In this document: positions 29,531-38,489 of the stretch, one piece after another
How positions within the stretch are numbered: position 1 is the first letter of the stretch
Layout of the letters: each line of letters starts with the position of its first letter
Assembly: GCA_016930235.1 (NCBI GenBank)
Contig: JAFGHI010000042.1
Coordinates: forward strand, 2,550 to 66,549
Origin: Candidatus Omnitrophota bacterium
Lineage (GTDB): Bacteria; Omnitrophota; Omnitrophia; Omnitrophales; Aquincolibacteriaceae
Direction of reading: 5' to 3'
DNA: 64,000 nt
Program-made: the position numbers and the translations under genes
The notes under the pieces: generated by a model
Databases searched by the model: none
What the model saw: only the letters and a program-made list of their open reading frames with translations
What the model was told of the DNA's origin: nothing

Positions 29531-30547
29531 ATGGATTTAACGACTGATTATATGGGAATGACTCTTAAAAATCCCTTAGTGCCGTCGGCTTCGCCGTTAT
29601 CGGAATCGATCGGTAATATTAAGAGAATGGAGGACTCGGGTGCAGCGGCCGTTGTTCTTCACTCTCTTTTTGAAGAGCAGTTGCGTCTTGAGCAACAGGA
29701 GCTTCATCACCATTTGACCGAGCACACCGACAGCTTTGCGGAAGCCTTGTCTTTTTTCCCGGAGCCGAGTGAATTTTCGGTGGGTCCGGAGGAATATCTG
29801 AATCATATCCGGAAAGCGAAAGCGGCGGTGAGTATCCCTGTGATCGCGTCGTTAAACGGTGCGACTCCCGGGGGCTGGACGGATTATGCCAAGAAGATGG
29901 AACAGGCAGGCGCGGATGCCATCGAACTGAACATCTACAATATCCCGATGGATATGGATCAAAGCCCTAATGATATTGAGAAAGTTTATGTTGAGATCCT
30001 GAAGGCCGTGAAAAAAACAGTGAATATCCCTGTGGCTTTAAAGATCGGCGGTTTTTTCACCAATCCCTCTTATTCCATCAAAAAGTTTGCGGATGCCGGG
30101 GCCGATGCGATGGTCCTCTTCAACCGGTTCTACCAGCCGGATATCGATCTGGAGACCTTAGAGATCAAATCTGATGTAGTTTTGAGCACGATCCATTCGA
30201 TGCGGCTTCCTTTAAGATGGATCGCGATGCTTTACGGGAGGGTCAAATGTGATTTTGCGGCCACCCGTGGGATTCATACAGCGGAAGATGCGATCAAGAT
30301 GATTATGGTCGGCGCAAACGTAACGATGCTGTGCTCGGTTCTGATGAAGCAGGGGATCGGCCAGATCAAAAAGATCGAGGAAGAGATGAAGGCCTGGATG
30401 GAAGAACATGAGTATGAGTCCGTGGGTCAAATGCGGGGAAGTATGAGCCAGCTTTACTGCGATAATCCTTCGGTCTATGAGCGCTCGCAGTATATTCGCG
30501 TTCTGAAGAGTTACAAGCCGGAATTTCAGACGCCTTATGGGGCTTAA
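29531..30547 (+). CDS. Dihydroorotate dehydrogenase-like / dihydropyrimidine-dehydrogenase-like FMN TIM-barrel oxidoreductase
   Basis: DHOD family-1-like pattern (PLVPSASPLSES, IASLNG, NIPVALKIGG, GADAMVLFNRF, ATRGIHTAEDAIKMIMVGANV). The exact function is uncertain. Confidence 0.5.
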   Translation: MDLTTDYMGMTLKNPLVPSASPLSESIGNIKRMEDSGAAAVVLHSLFEEQLRLEQQELHHHLTEHTDSFAEALSFFPEPSEFSVGPEEYLNHIRKAKAAVSIPVIASLNGATPGGWTDYAKKMEQAGADAIELNIYNIPMDMDQSPNDIEKVYVEILKAVKKTVNIPVALKIGGFFTNPSYSIKKFADAGADAMVLFNRFYQPDIDLETLEIKSDVVLSTIHSMRLPLRWIAMLYGRVKCDFAATRGIHTAEDAIKMIMVGANVTMLCSVLMKQGIGQIKKIEEEMKAWMEEHEYESVGQMRGSMSQLYCDNPSVYERSQYIRVLKSYKPEFQTPYGA

Positions 30548-30581
30548 GATTCAAACGTTGCTTGATTAAGGATCACGGGGG

Positions 30582-30614
30582 AGCGCAGGCTTTAAAACCT
30601 GCGCTTCTTTTTTT
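30582..30614 (+). terminator. Rho-independent terminator
   Basis: agcgcagg-ctttaaaa-cctgcgct stem-loop followed by tcttttttt. Confidence 0.55.
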
Positions 30615-30640
30615 AAGGGCAGGATGATTCTACGAGGTTT

Positions 30641-31732
30641 ATGATGAAATACGTTGATGAATACCGGGACGGAAAATTGGCCGGACAGTTTGCGGATGCC
30701 ATCAAGCGGACCGTCACAAAACCCTGGACGGTGATGGAAGTTTGCGGTGGGCAGACGCATGCGATTGTCCGGTTTGGCTTGGATGAACTCCTGCCGTCTT
30801 CACTCAATCTGATTCACGGTCCCGGATGTCCCGTTTGCGTAACGCCGCTCGAATTGATTGATCAAGCCGTTGAAATTGCGTCACTCGAGAATGTGATTTT
30901 CTGTTCCTTCGGGGACATGCTGCGGGTACCGGGTTCACGCAGGGATCTCTTTTCCGTCAAGGCAAGCGGGGGAGATGTCCGTATCCTTTATTCGCCCTTG
31001 GATGCTTTAGCGATTGCATCTGAGAACCCGCGTAAAGAGGTTGTCTTCTTTGCGGTCGGATTTGAAACGACGGCGCCTGCCCACGCGATGGCGGTGAAAC
31101 AAGCTTGGGAGCGGGGCATTCGAAATTTCAGCATTCTTGTTTCACACGTTTTGGTCCCGCCTGCGATGGAGGCGATTCTCGCTTCTCCCCATAACCGTGT
31201 TCAGGGTTTTTTGGCGGCCGGACACGTTTGTACCGTTATGGGCTATACGGAATACGAACCTCTTGCTCGGAAGTATAAGGTCCCGATTGTGGTCACGGGT
31301 TTTGAGCCGAGCGATATCCTGCAGGGACTTTTCATGTGTGTCAAACAGTTGGAAGAAGGACGAACGGAAGTCGAAAATCAATATGCCCGTTCTGTCAAGC
31401 GTGAAGGCAATCGGAAGGCGCGGGAAACGGTGCGTGAAGTTTTTCAAGTGATTCCCCGAAAATGGCGGGGGATAGGAGAGATCCCCAAAAGCGGACTCGG
31501 CCTTCGGGAGAAATATGCGGTCATGGATGCGGCGAAGAGATTTAATTTGACGAGTTACGAAGCAGAAGAGTCCCCCGATTGCATCAGCGGATTGATTTTG
31601 CAGGGGCTGAAGAAACCTGACGAGTGTCCCGCTTTCGGAAAAAAATGCACGCCCGAACATCCTTTGGGGGCGACGATGGTTTCCTCCGAGGGTGCTTGCG
31701 CCGCTTATTACCGCTATCGGGGTTCACGATGA
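30641..31732 (+). CDS. hypD: [NiFe] hydrogenase maturation protein HypD
   Basis: MKYVDEYRD start, [19 protein letters not shown], and the C-terminal CxxH motif region. Confidence 0.9.
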   Translation: MMKYVDEYRDGKLAGQFADAIKRTVTKPWTVMEVCGGQTHAIVRFGLDELLPSSLNLIHGPGCPVCVTPLELIDQAVEIASLENVIFCSFGDMLRVPGSRRDLFSVKASGGDVRILYSPLDALAIASENPRKEVVFFAVGFETTAPAHAMAVKQAWERGIRNFSILVSHVLVPPAMEAILASPHNRVQGFLAAGHVCTVMGYTEYEPLARKYKVPIVVTGFEPSDILQGLFMCVKQLEEGRTEVENQYARSVKREGNRKARETVREVFQVIPRKWRGIGEIPKSGLGLREKYAVMDAAKRFNLTSYEAEESPDCISGLILQGLKKPDECPAFGKKCTPEHPLGATMVSSEGACAAYYRYRGSR

Positions 31733-31738
31733 ACCGCT

Positions 31739-31830
31739 GGCGCCCACCGCGTAGGTGGCCTTTTCAATCATTCCTAACGTTAGGTTTGTTCGAAATTCCC
31801 ACCTACGCGGTGGGCGAAGCGGTGGGCGAG
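31739..31830. repeat. Nested-palindrome intergenic repeat element, copy 1 (REP-like)
   Basis: cgcccaccgcgtaggtgg...ccacctacgcggtgggcg form an 18-bp inverted repeat around a loop containing the cctaacgttagg palindrome. The first 50 bp are identical to copy 2 at 51484-51533. Confidence 0.7.
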
Positions 31831-31856
31831 CCCCGTCCAACGGAGCGAGGAGCGAA

Positions 31857-32909
31857 ATGACAAAAAAAGAATTTAGCATGCAATGTCCGTTACCGGTTCG
31901 GGATTATCCGCGTGTGCTTTTGGCCCACGGCGGAGGCGGGAAGCTGATGCATCAGATGATCGAAAAGATTTTTGCCTCGAGTTTTCAAAATGAGATCCTC
32001 AAGAAGAGGCACGATAGCGCTATCTTGTCTTTACCCTCCTCAAAAATCGCGATGACAACGGATTCTTATGTGGTGCGGCCTCTTTTCTTCCCCGGCGGAG
32101 ATATCGGGAGCATGTCGGTTTATGGGACGGTCAATGATCTGGCGATGGCAGGCGCCAGGCCTAAATATTTGAGTGCGGGGTTTATCCTTGAAGAAGGTCT
32201 TGAGATGGAGACCTTGTGGAAAGTTGTCCAGTCAATGGCTGACGCGGCGAAGGAATGCGGGATTGAACTTGTGACCGGAGATACCAAGGTGGTCGACAAA
32301 GGCAAAGGCGATGGCATTTTTATCAATACGACAGGAATAGGTGTCTTCGAGCATTCCCAGGCGATTGAGCCGCAAAGCATCCGGACGGGAGATAAAATTA
32401 TCCTGAACGGAGACCTGGGACGTCACGGGATTGCCGTGATGATTGCCCGAGAGGGACTTTCCTTAGAAAGCCAGATCGAGAGTGACTCGGCGTCTTTAGC
32501 GGATCTTGTCATGAAATTGTTGGACCTGAAGGTTGAGATCCATTGTCTGCGGGACCTCACACGCGGCGGTCTTTCGAGTGCCTTGAATGAACTTGCCGAA
32601 ACGCGCGGTGTTCAAATCCGTGTCGAAGAAAAATCTATCCCGGTCCGCGAAGATGTTCACGGCGCTTGCGAGATTCTGGGATTGGACCCGCTTTATGTCG
32701 CGAATGAAGGCAGGTTCCTTGTTTTTGTCAAAGCAGGGGATGCCGATAAGGTTTTGAAGGTCATCAAATCACATCCTCTGGGTGAAGCCGCCTCCGTGAT
32801 CGGAGAAGTAACAAAAGAGAAAGATCCTCGAGTGACTTTGGTCAATCAAGTCGGGACAAGCCGGATCCTTGACATGCTCTCCGGAGAACAGCTCCCGCGC
32901 ATTTGTTGA
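31857..32909 (+). CDS. hypE: [NiFe] hydrogenase maturation protein HypE
   Basis: PurM/AIR-synthase-related fold ending in the conserved C-terminal PRIC, whose Cys is carbamoylated/cyanated. Start at ATG 31857. The longer ORF from 31755 would run through the repeat element. Confidence 0.85.
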   Translation: MTKKEFSMQCPLPVRDYPRVLLAHGGGGKLMHQMIEKIFASSFQNEILKKRHDSAILSLPSSKIAMTTDSYVVRPLFFPGGDIGSMSVYGTVNDLAMAGARPKYLSAGFILEEGLEMETLWKVVQSMADAAKECGIELVTGDTKVVDKGKGDGIFINTTGIGVFEHSQAIEPQSIRTGDKIILNGDLGRHGIAVMIAREGLSLESQIESDSASLADLVMKLLDLKVEIHCLRDLTRGGLSSALNELAETRGVQIRVEEKSIPVREDVHGACEILGLDPLYVANEGRFLVFVKAGDADKVLKVIKSHPLGEAASVIGEVTKEKDPRVTLVNQVGTSRILDMLSGEQLPRIC

Positions 32910-33228
32910 TGTCGGTCGTCACCGTCGCCCGCAACACCAATGAAATTTTTCTCACCCTTTTTACTTGAGATATCACCTCTATCTATTTCCTAACTTTATA
33001 AGCAAAGGGACCATTTATAGGCAAATTATCCTATCCGTAACTTCTTTGAAATCAATTGGATATCGTTGGCTTTCAATAAATAACTATTTAGAGCTATTTG
33101 ACTATTTACAATATAAGTGTTAGCTTTCTAAGGATGTTTATTAAGTATGATTTTTGCATTTAGTTAAAGCTTCCGAAGAAATCGGAGTGGATCTTCAAAG
33201 CCGGTTCACGAGAAAGAGGTAAACTGCC

Positions 33229-34293
33229 ATGGAGAAAAAACGAAATGAAGAAAAAAGAAACAAGAAATTATTTATCGAGGATTTAGAAATTAGGAGAAGC
33301 ACATCGCCATTATTTTTTGCGGCTTTTACAGCTGATATCCAAAATGACGGTACTGAACCGACGAATCCGGAAAAACCTGTGGATGCGCAACCGGACAGCC
33401 AGTCAGCCCAAGAAATTCAGGTTCATCCCGTCACGAATTTACATGAGCCAAATACGATTGTTCCTGCTCGGGTAACTCCAGATGAAATGTGGACTTCGGA
33501 TTTCACTCGAATGGGCGAAGATATGGTTATTTCAACGATGGCAGTGGGCGAAGAAGGTGCTTCGGAGTATAATCCCATTCGATTTGTTTCATCTTCGTCC
33601 TCGCCTGCACCGGTGCCGACGCCCGCGCCTTCTCCGTCGCCTTCGATTGAAGCCAGCCCAACTCCGCATGCGAGTCCGTCGCCGGCTTACAATCCGGCAG
33701 GCATTTCTCCGGGGGAAACGGCGGGGAATGAAACAATGCCTGTTTCGAATGTGCACGGTCCAAGTCCTGAAGCCGCTTCCGAGCCGGTGCTGAGTCAAGA
33801 AATTCAGGTTAATTCCGTACCGGCCACGCCTGAAACGAGCACGGCTGTTCCAACGCGGGTTACTCCCGAAGAAACGTGGACATCGGATTTCACTCGAATG
33901 GGCGAAGAGATGGTTATTTCAACGATGATGGTCGGTGAAGAAGGTACTTCGGAGCTACACCCCATTCGATATTTTTCCAGTCCGTCTTCACCTGCGCCGG
34001 TGCCGACGCCTGCGCCTTCGCCGTCACCTTCGCTGGAAGCGAGTCCTGCTCCTCATCCAAGTCCTGAAGCCGCTTCCGAACCGGTGCCAAGTCAAGAGAT
34101 TCAGGTTAATCCCGTCGCGCCTGCGCCGGTGCCGACGCCTGCGCCTTCGCCGTCACCGAATCCAAGTCCTAGCCCCCTGTCATCGTCTGCTTATGTATCA
34201 CCAGGACAGTTGACGACCATGATGCTGGGTGAAGAAGCTGAGATTGAACTTACGACCATGATGTTAGGGGAAGAAGGCGAAACGGTCGTTTAA
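33229..34293 (+). CDS. Putative multi-core graspetide (microviridin-like) precursor peptide/protein with Pro/Ser-rich spacers
   Basis: Leader-like SPLFFAAF (nt 33307-33327) resembles the microviridin PFFARFL motif. Two near-identical roughly 120-aa modules contain WTSDFTRMGE(D/E)MVISTM(A/M)VGEEG. The C-terminus has tandem TTMMLGEEAEIEL and TTMMLGEEGETVV units. PAPVPTPAPSPSPS linkers are repeated three times at both DNA and protein level. Confidence 0.5.
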   Translation: MEKKRNEEKRNKKLFIEDLEIRRSTSPLFFAAFTADIQNDGTEPTNPEKPVDAQPDSQSAQEIQVHPVTNLHEPNTIVPARVTPDEMWTSDFTRMGEDMVISTMAVGEEGASEYNPIRFVSSSSSPAPVPTPAPSPSPSIEASPTPHASPSPAYNPAGISPGETAGNETMPVSNVHGPSPEAASEPVLSQEIQVNSVPATPETSTAVPTRVTPEETWTSDFTRMGEEMVISTMMVGEEGTSELHPIRYFSSPSSPAPVPTPAPSPSPSLEASPAPHPSPEAASEPVPSQEIQVNPVAPAPVPTPAPSPSPNPSPSPLSSSAYVSPGQLTTMMLGEEAEIELTTMMLGEEGETVV

Positions 34294-34357
34294 TTTGTGT
34301 GGATTTTAGACTATCTATCAATCTTAGGTGACATCTGACCGTTAATTTAAACAGATT

Positions 34358-35308
34358 ATGACGAATTCGAAACCTAAGATCCTCATTGTCGGTGCTCCAA
34401 ACGAACGCCATAGCCATTACATGGCGCAGCGTATTGCGCAAAAAGGCGGTTCTCCCCTAATTTTGGATACACTCAATTTTCCCGCCAAGGTCAAACTTTC
34501 GCTTAGGAATGAAAAGATATTTTATCAAGGGGAACCGCTTGATGAAATAGCAGGGTGTTATCTGAGAACCGTGGTTTTTTTTCTGCCGCCTTATGATTTG
34601 GAAGATAAAAGAAATGCCGAAGGAAAACTCGAAACCGACAATTGGTACCGGGATTACAGGGCCGAACGGGAACGCCAATCGCATTTGGGATCTTTGCTGC
34701 GAGTACTCTTTTTTCGGAATATCCCGGTGGTGAATCCCGTGTCGGCGTTTACGCTTCATTATTTAAAACCCCTGCAGCTTGAGATGTTGAGGAGAGAAGG
34801 GATCCGGGTTCCCGAAACGCTTGTAACGAACGATCCCAAAAAACTTCTGGAATTCAAACAAGAAGTCGGAAAGGTTATTTTTAAACCGGTGGCTGGAGGG
34901 GCCGAATGCCGGGAACTTACCGAAGAGCATTTGAAACCTGAGAAACTCGAAAGATTGCAGAACGCACCGGTTCTCTTTCAGGAGCTCATACCGGGTGAAA
35001 ATGTCCGCGTTTATATTTTGGAGTCGAGAATCCTTGTTGCTGTCATCATCAAATCCGAGACCCTCGATTATCGGGGGCATGAGCAGGGATTCCAAATCAT
35101 CAATCTTCCTCCTGAGGTTGCCCAAATATGCATCAAGGCGATGAGAATTTGCGGGCTTAAGTTTACGGGGATGGATCTTCGTTTGACTCCCGGCGGGGAA
35201 TTCGTGGTCATCGAATGCAATCCTTCGGCGATGTTTATGGGGATCGAGGAAATCCTAAAAGTCGATATCAGCGGGGCCCTTGCCGATTTCCTTATGGGAC
35301 GCTCATGA
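34358..35308 (+). CDS. ATP-grasp peptide maturase (MdnC/RimK-like, graspetide ligase)
   Basis: The N-terminal pre-ATP-grasp region ILIVGAPNERHSH...LDTLNFPAKVKLSL mirrors the MdnC N-terminus. The ATP-grasp core ends in VVIECNPSAMFMGIEE. It lies directly downstream of the precursor-like ORF. Confidence 0.7.
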   Translation: MTNSKPKILIVGAPNERHSHYMAQRIAQKGGSPLILDTLNFPAKVKLSLRNEKIFYQGEPLDEIAGCYLRTVVFFLPPYDLEDKRNAEGKLETDNWYRDYRAERERQSHLGSLLRVLFFRNIPVVNPVSAFTLHYLKPLQLEMLRREGIRVPETLVTNDPKKLLEFKQEVGKVIFKPVAGGAECRELTEEHLKPEKLERLQNAPVLFQELIPGENVRVYILESRILVAVIIKSETLDYRGHEQGFQIINLPPEVAQICIKAMRICGLKFTGMDLRLTPGGEFVVIECNPSAMFMGIEEILKVDISGALADFLMGRS

Positions 35309-36201
35309 ATCCTCTTGCCTTCCAGTATGGGCGCTTGGGGCGGGGCAAATTGTGGGTTGAAGGGCCGGACAGGCGTTTTACGCAAATCGATGATAAAACG
35401 CTGCATATCATCCTTGATCTCAATGATCGTTTTGACTGGGAGCTGATTCAAAAAAGGCACGGTATTTCAAAACAGGAATTGGAAGATCTTGAAAAATGGA
35501 TACGATCCAAAGATTTGGAAGCTGCGGAACCAAAGCATGGCAGGATAGAACGTCTCGACCGATTCCGAACCCCTTTGGATTTAAGCGGTTTCCTTTATTT
35601 TTTAGCTTTGATGATCGTGATTCAAGCCTTGTATTGGGAAGCTTTGGCGCGACATGTTTCGCTTACAGCCCCCTCCCAAATTTTTGTTATTTTTCCAATT
35701 GCCTGTGCCGGCATCATCTTTCATGAGCTGGGGCATTTTTTGGCTTTAAGGCCCTATACTCGGCCAAGGCTCGGCATGACATGGATTTTTTTTCTGCCGG
35801 CTGTCTTTGTGCAGTCGGATGTTCTCTGGAAATTATCCCGTTCGAGGCGCGTATTGGTGAACTTGATGGGAATTTTTGCCGATTCCATTTTCAACTGTCT
35901 AGCCATTTTGTGGGTTTTCCTCAATCCGTCCTTCGAGCCTTGGGTCACACCACTTTTGGTGACCCAGTACATCCGGTGGCTGATTGTTTTGAATCCTTTG
36001 TTTCAAGGCGACGGCTACTGGCTTTTCTCGGATTTGTTCGGGGTGGTAAATTTAAAAACCGAGGGCAGCCGAGATTTTAAACGAAGAAAGGTTAATGTTT
36101 TTTTCTTTTACCATCTGGCTCGAATGGTTTTTACGATTGTGATCCTTTTGAGTCTTGCACTTATGATTTATCATCTCTTAGAGGAGGTTCTATTCCGATG
36201 A
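35305..36201 (+). CDS. M50/site-2-protease-family intramembrane zinc metalloprotease (putative leader peptidase)
   Basis: HELGH sits in a TM helix and NPLFQGDG (NPxxxxDG) further on, the two signature S2P motifs. A roughly 90-aa soluble N-terminal domain is present. Start ATG overlaps the ATP-grasp stop (ATGA). Confidence 0.55.
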   Translation: MNPLAFQYGRLGRGKLWVEGPDRRFTQIDDKTLHIILDLNDRFDWELIQKRHGISKQELEDLEKWIRSKDLEAAEPKHGRIERLDRFRTPLDLSGFLYFLALMIVIQALYWEALARHVSLTAPSQIFVIFPIACAGIIFHELGHFLALRPYTRPRLGMTWIFFLPAVFVQSDVLWKLSRSRRVLVNLMGIFADSIFNCLAILWVFLNPSFEPWVTPLLVTQYIRWLIVLNPLFQGDGYWLFSDLFGVVNLKTEGSRDFKRRKVNVFFFYHLARMVFTIVILLSLALMIYHLLEEVLFR

Positions 36202-36725
36202 ACTATCTATTCGGTTTAACAACGGCTCTGAAAATTGTTTTTGCGATGAGTCTTTTGTCCATGCTAACGGCCCTTTTTGTCCGGCTGGTTTATGAATTTG
36301 AAAGAGGGGTTTTATTCCAAAACGGAAAATTTAAGAAGGTTGTCGATCCCGGGATCGTTTTTTTGGTTCCACTCCTTAATCAACTGGACAAAGTGGATAT
36401 GAGGGAATTTGAGATTGAAATACCAAGGATCTATGTGGTCATGAAGGACGCAAAGCTTCTGGCGGTTGAGATTCATGCGAGCTTTCAGGTGAGTGATGCC
36501 GCCAAGGCGGTTATTGAAACGCAAGATTACTATGAGACTGCGAAGATGGATACCGTAATGATTGTCTCGGATTATCTGTCACAAATTACGATGGACGACA
36601 TGGTGAAAGATTTGCCAGCAATCAAGCAGAAGCTAAGAGAATTTGCAGGTCGTAAGCTGTCATTTTGCGGATTGAGGGTTGTGGGGCTGGAAATCAATCC
36701 GGTTATCACACATCGTTCAGAGTAA
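36198..36725 (+). CDS. SPFH/band-7 domain protein (stomatin/HflC-like), short form
   Basis: N-terminal TM helix, then YEFERGVLFQNGKF...DPGIVFLVPL, which is typical of the SPFH domain start. Confidence 0.6.
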   Translation: MNYLFGLTTALKIVFAMSLLSMLTALFVRLVYEFERGVLFQNGKFKKVVDPGIVFLVPLLNQLDKVDMREFEIEIPRIYVVMKDAKLLAVEIHASFQVSDAAKAVIETQDYYETAKMDTVMIVSDYLSQITMDDMVKDLPAIKQKLREFAGRKLSFCGLRVVGLEINPVITHRSE

Positions 36726-36860
36726 TAACCTTCTACTCCGTGTCCAGCTTCAATTGTTTGTTGATGTGCCCCTTCCCGGAATGAGATGATAAGAAGCGAA
36801 ATAACGCTTCCTTTTAATCGCGTTTTTTAATAAACTTTTCCTGAAGAAGGAGAATTCAAC

Positions 36861-37055
36861 ATGTCGATGGAACGTTGGATCCGTTTGATTGCCGGCAGTT
36901 TTATCCTGATCAGCCTGGCCCTGGCGTATGGGGTGAGTAAGTGGTGGCTCCTTTTTACCGCATTTGTCGGAGTCAATCTGATTCAGTCAGCCTTGACCCG
37001 ATGGTGTTTGATGGAGAAGATTCTCAAGAAGCTGGGCGTCAAACAAAGTTGTTGA
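36861..37055 (+). CDS. Small inner-membrane protein (DUF2892/YgaP-like)
   Basis: 64 aa, two TM helices, R-x2-R...G...L pattern; a weak family call. Confidence 0.35.
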   Translation: MSMERWIRLIAGSFILISLALAYGVSKWWLLFTAFVGVNLIQSALTRWCLMEKILKKLGVKQSC

Positions 37056-37124
37056 GAGTCGAGACGTAACATCACTTGATCGTGAACATGCCGTTGGAAG
37101 CTAACGAAACCGCGTAAAGGAGCA

Positions 37125-38474
37125 ATGGACGTCGTTTTACTTTCCAGGATTCAGTTTGCGCTAACGATCGGTTTTCATTATATCTTTCCTCCCGTCAGTA
37201 TCGGGCTTGCCCTTGTCCTTGTGATTATGGAAGGCCTTTTTCTGAAGACCCAGAACCCCCTTTACCGGCAGATGGTCCATTTCTGGGTTCGCATCTTTGC
37301 GCTTATTTTTTCACTCGGTGTTGCCAGCGGCATTGTGATGGAATTTGAGTTCGGGACGAATTGGGCCAATTATTCCCGGTTCGTGGGGGATGTTTTCGGA
37401 AGCCCCCTGGCGGCTGAAGGGATGTTTGCCTTCTTTCTTGAATCGACATTCTTAGGTATTCTTCTTTTCGGATGGAATCGAGTGGGACCCAAAATGCATT
37501 TCTTCTCAACTCTAATGGTCGCTCTGGGTTCGACGATGAGCGCCTTTTGGATCATTGTCGCCAATTCCTGGATGCAGACCCCGGCCGGTTATCATGTGGT
37601 CACAGAAGGGTCCCATCGGCGCGCCGAAATCACGGATTTCTGGGCGATGGTCTTTAATCCTTCGAGTATGGACCGTTTTACCCATACGATGGTCGGTGCC
37701 TGGCAGGCCGGGGCATGGCTTGTGGTCAGTGTCGGCGCTTATTATCTTTTAAGGAAACGCCACGAAGCATTTTCCAAAGCGTCCATCAAGATCGGACTTG
37801 TGATCGCCCTTGTTTCATCGGTCCTTCAGCTGACGACGGGGCACACGAGCGCGATCGGGGTCAGCAAAAATCAACCGGCGAAATTGGCGGCGTTTGAAGG
37901 GCATTATGAAAAAAAGGCCCCCGCGCCGCTTTATCTTTTCGGCTGGGTCGATGAGGCGAATGAACGCGTCCGTTTCGGTTTGGGGTTTCCCGGTATGCTG
38001 GGTGTCCTTATTTCGGGAGATCCCAAGATGCAGATTCAAGGCCTCAGGGCATTTCCCCAAGAAGACCGGCCCCCGGTTCAAATCGTTTTTCAGACCTATC
38101 ACTTGATGGTCATGATTGGAATGGGCTTGATTGGTCTCAGCCTTCTTGGGGTTTTTCTTTGGTGGCGAGGAGCCCTCTTCCAATCGAAGTGGATGCTTTA
38201 TCTTTTGACAATTGCCTTCCTGGGCCCCCAAATCGCGAATCAGGTCGGCTGGGTTGCCGCTGAAGTCGGCCGGCAGCCTTGGATTGTTTACGGCCTCCTG
38301 AGAACTTACGAAGGGGTTTCCCCCGTGGTCTCGAGTGCTGAGGTTCTGGCCTCAATCCTGATGTTCAGTTTTATTTATCTCATTCTCTTCGTTTTATTTA
38401 TCTATCTCATGATTCGCAAAATCGAAAAAGGTCCTGAAGAAGCAATGCGGGAAGGTGTCCCGGCTTCTTATTAA
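37125..38474 (+). CDS. cydA: Cytochrome bd ubiquinol oxidase subunit I
   Basis: IQFALTIGFHYIFPPVSIGL N-terminus; Q-loop GWVAAEVGRQPW. Confidence 0.9.
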   Translation: MDVVLLSRIQFALTIGFHYIFPPVSIGLALVLVIMEGLFLKTQNPLYRQMVHFWVRIFALIFSLGVASGIVMEFEFGTNWANYSRFVGDVFGSPLAAEGMFAFFLESTFLGILLFGWNRVGPKMHFFSTLMVALGSTMSAFWIIVANSWMQTPAGYHVVTEGSHRRAEITDFWAMVFNPSSMDRFTHTMVGAWQAGAWLVVSVGAYYLLRKRHEAFSKASIKIGLVIALVSSVLQLTTGHTSAIGVSKNQPAKLAAFEGHYEKKAPAPLYLFGWVDEANERVRFGLGFPGMLGVLISGDPKMQIQGLRAFPQEDRPPVQIVFQTYHLMVMIGMGLIGLSLLGVFLWWRGALFQSKWMLYLLTIAFLGPQIANQVGWVAAEVGRQPWIVYGLLRTYEGVSPVVSSAEVLASILMFSFIYLILFVLFIYLMIRKIEKGPEEAMREGVPASY

Positions 38475-38489
38475 TGGAAAGGGCACGGT

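Noticed and set aside
31755-31856. N-terminal extension of the hypE ORF
   Set aside because: It would translate through the palindromic repeat element. The conserved HypE start (MTKKEF...) has its own ATG at 31857.
33229-34293. Interpreting the Pro/Ser-rich repeat ORF simply as a cell-surface or S-layer-type protein
   Set aside because: It has no signal peptide. It carries a microviridin-like leader motif. It is immediately followed by an MdnC-like ATP-grasp gene, so the RiPP-precursor interpretation is favoured, though not proven.
37056-37124. TCAC-ttgatc-GTGA inverted repeat upstream of cydA as a Rex box
   Set aside because: The half-site orientation is the reverse of the Rex consensus (GTGA...TCAC) and the spacing is wrong. 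It is possibly another regulator's site, but support is insufficient.
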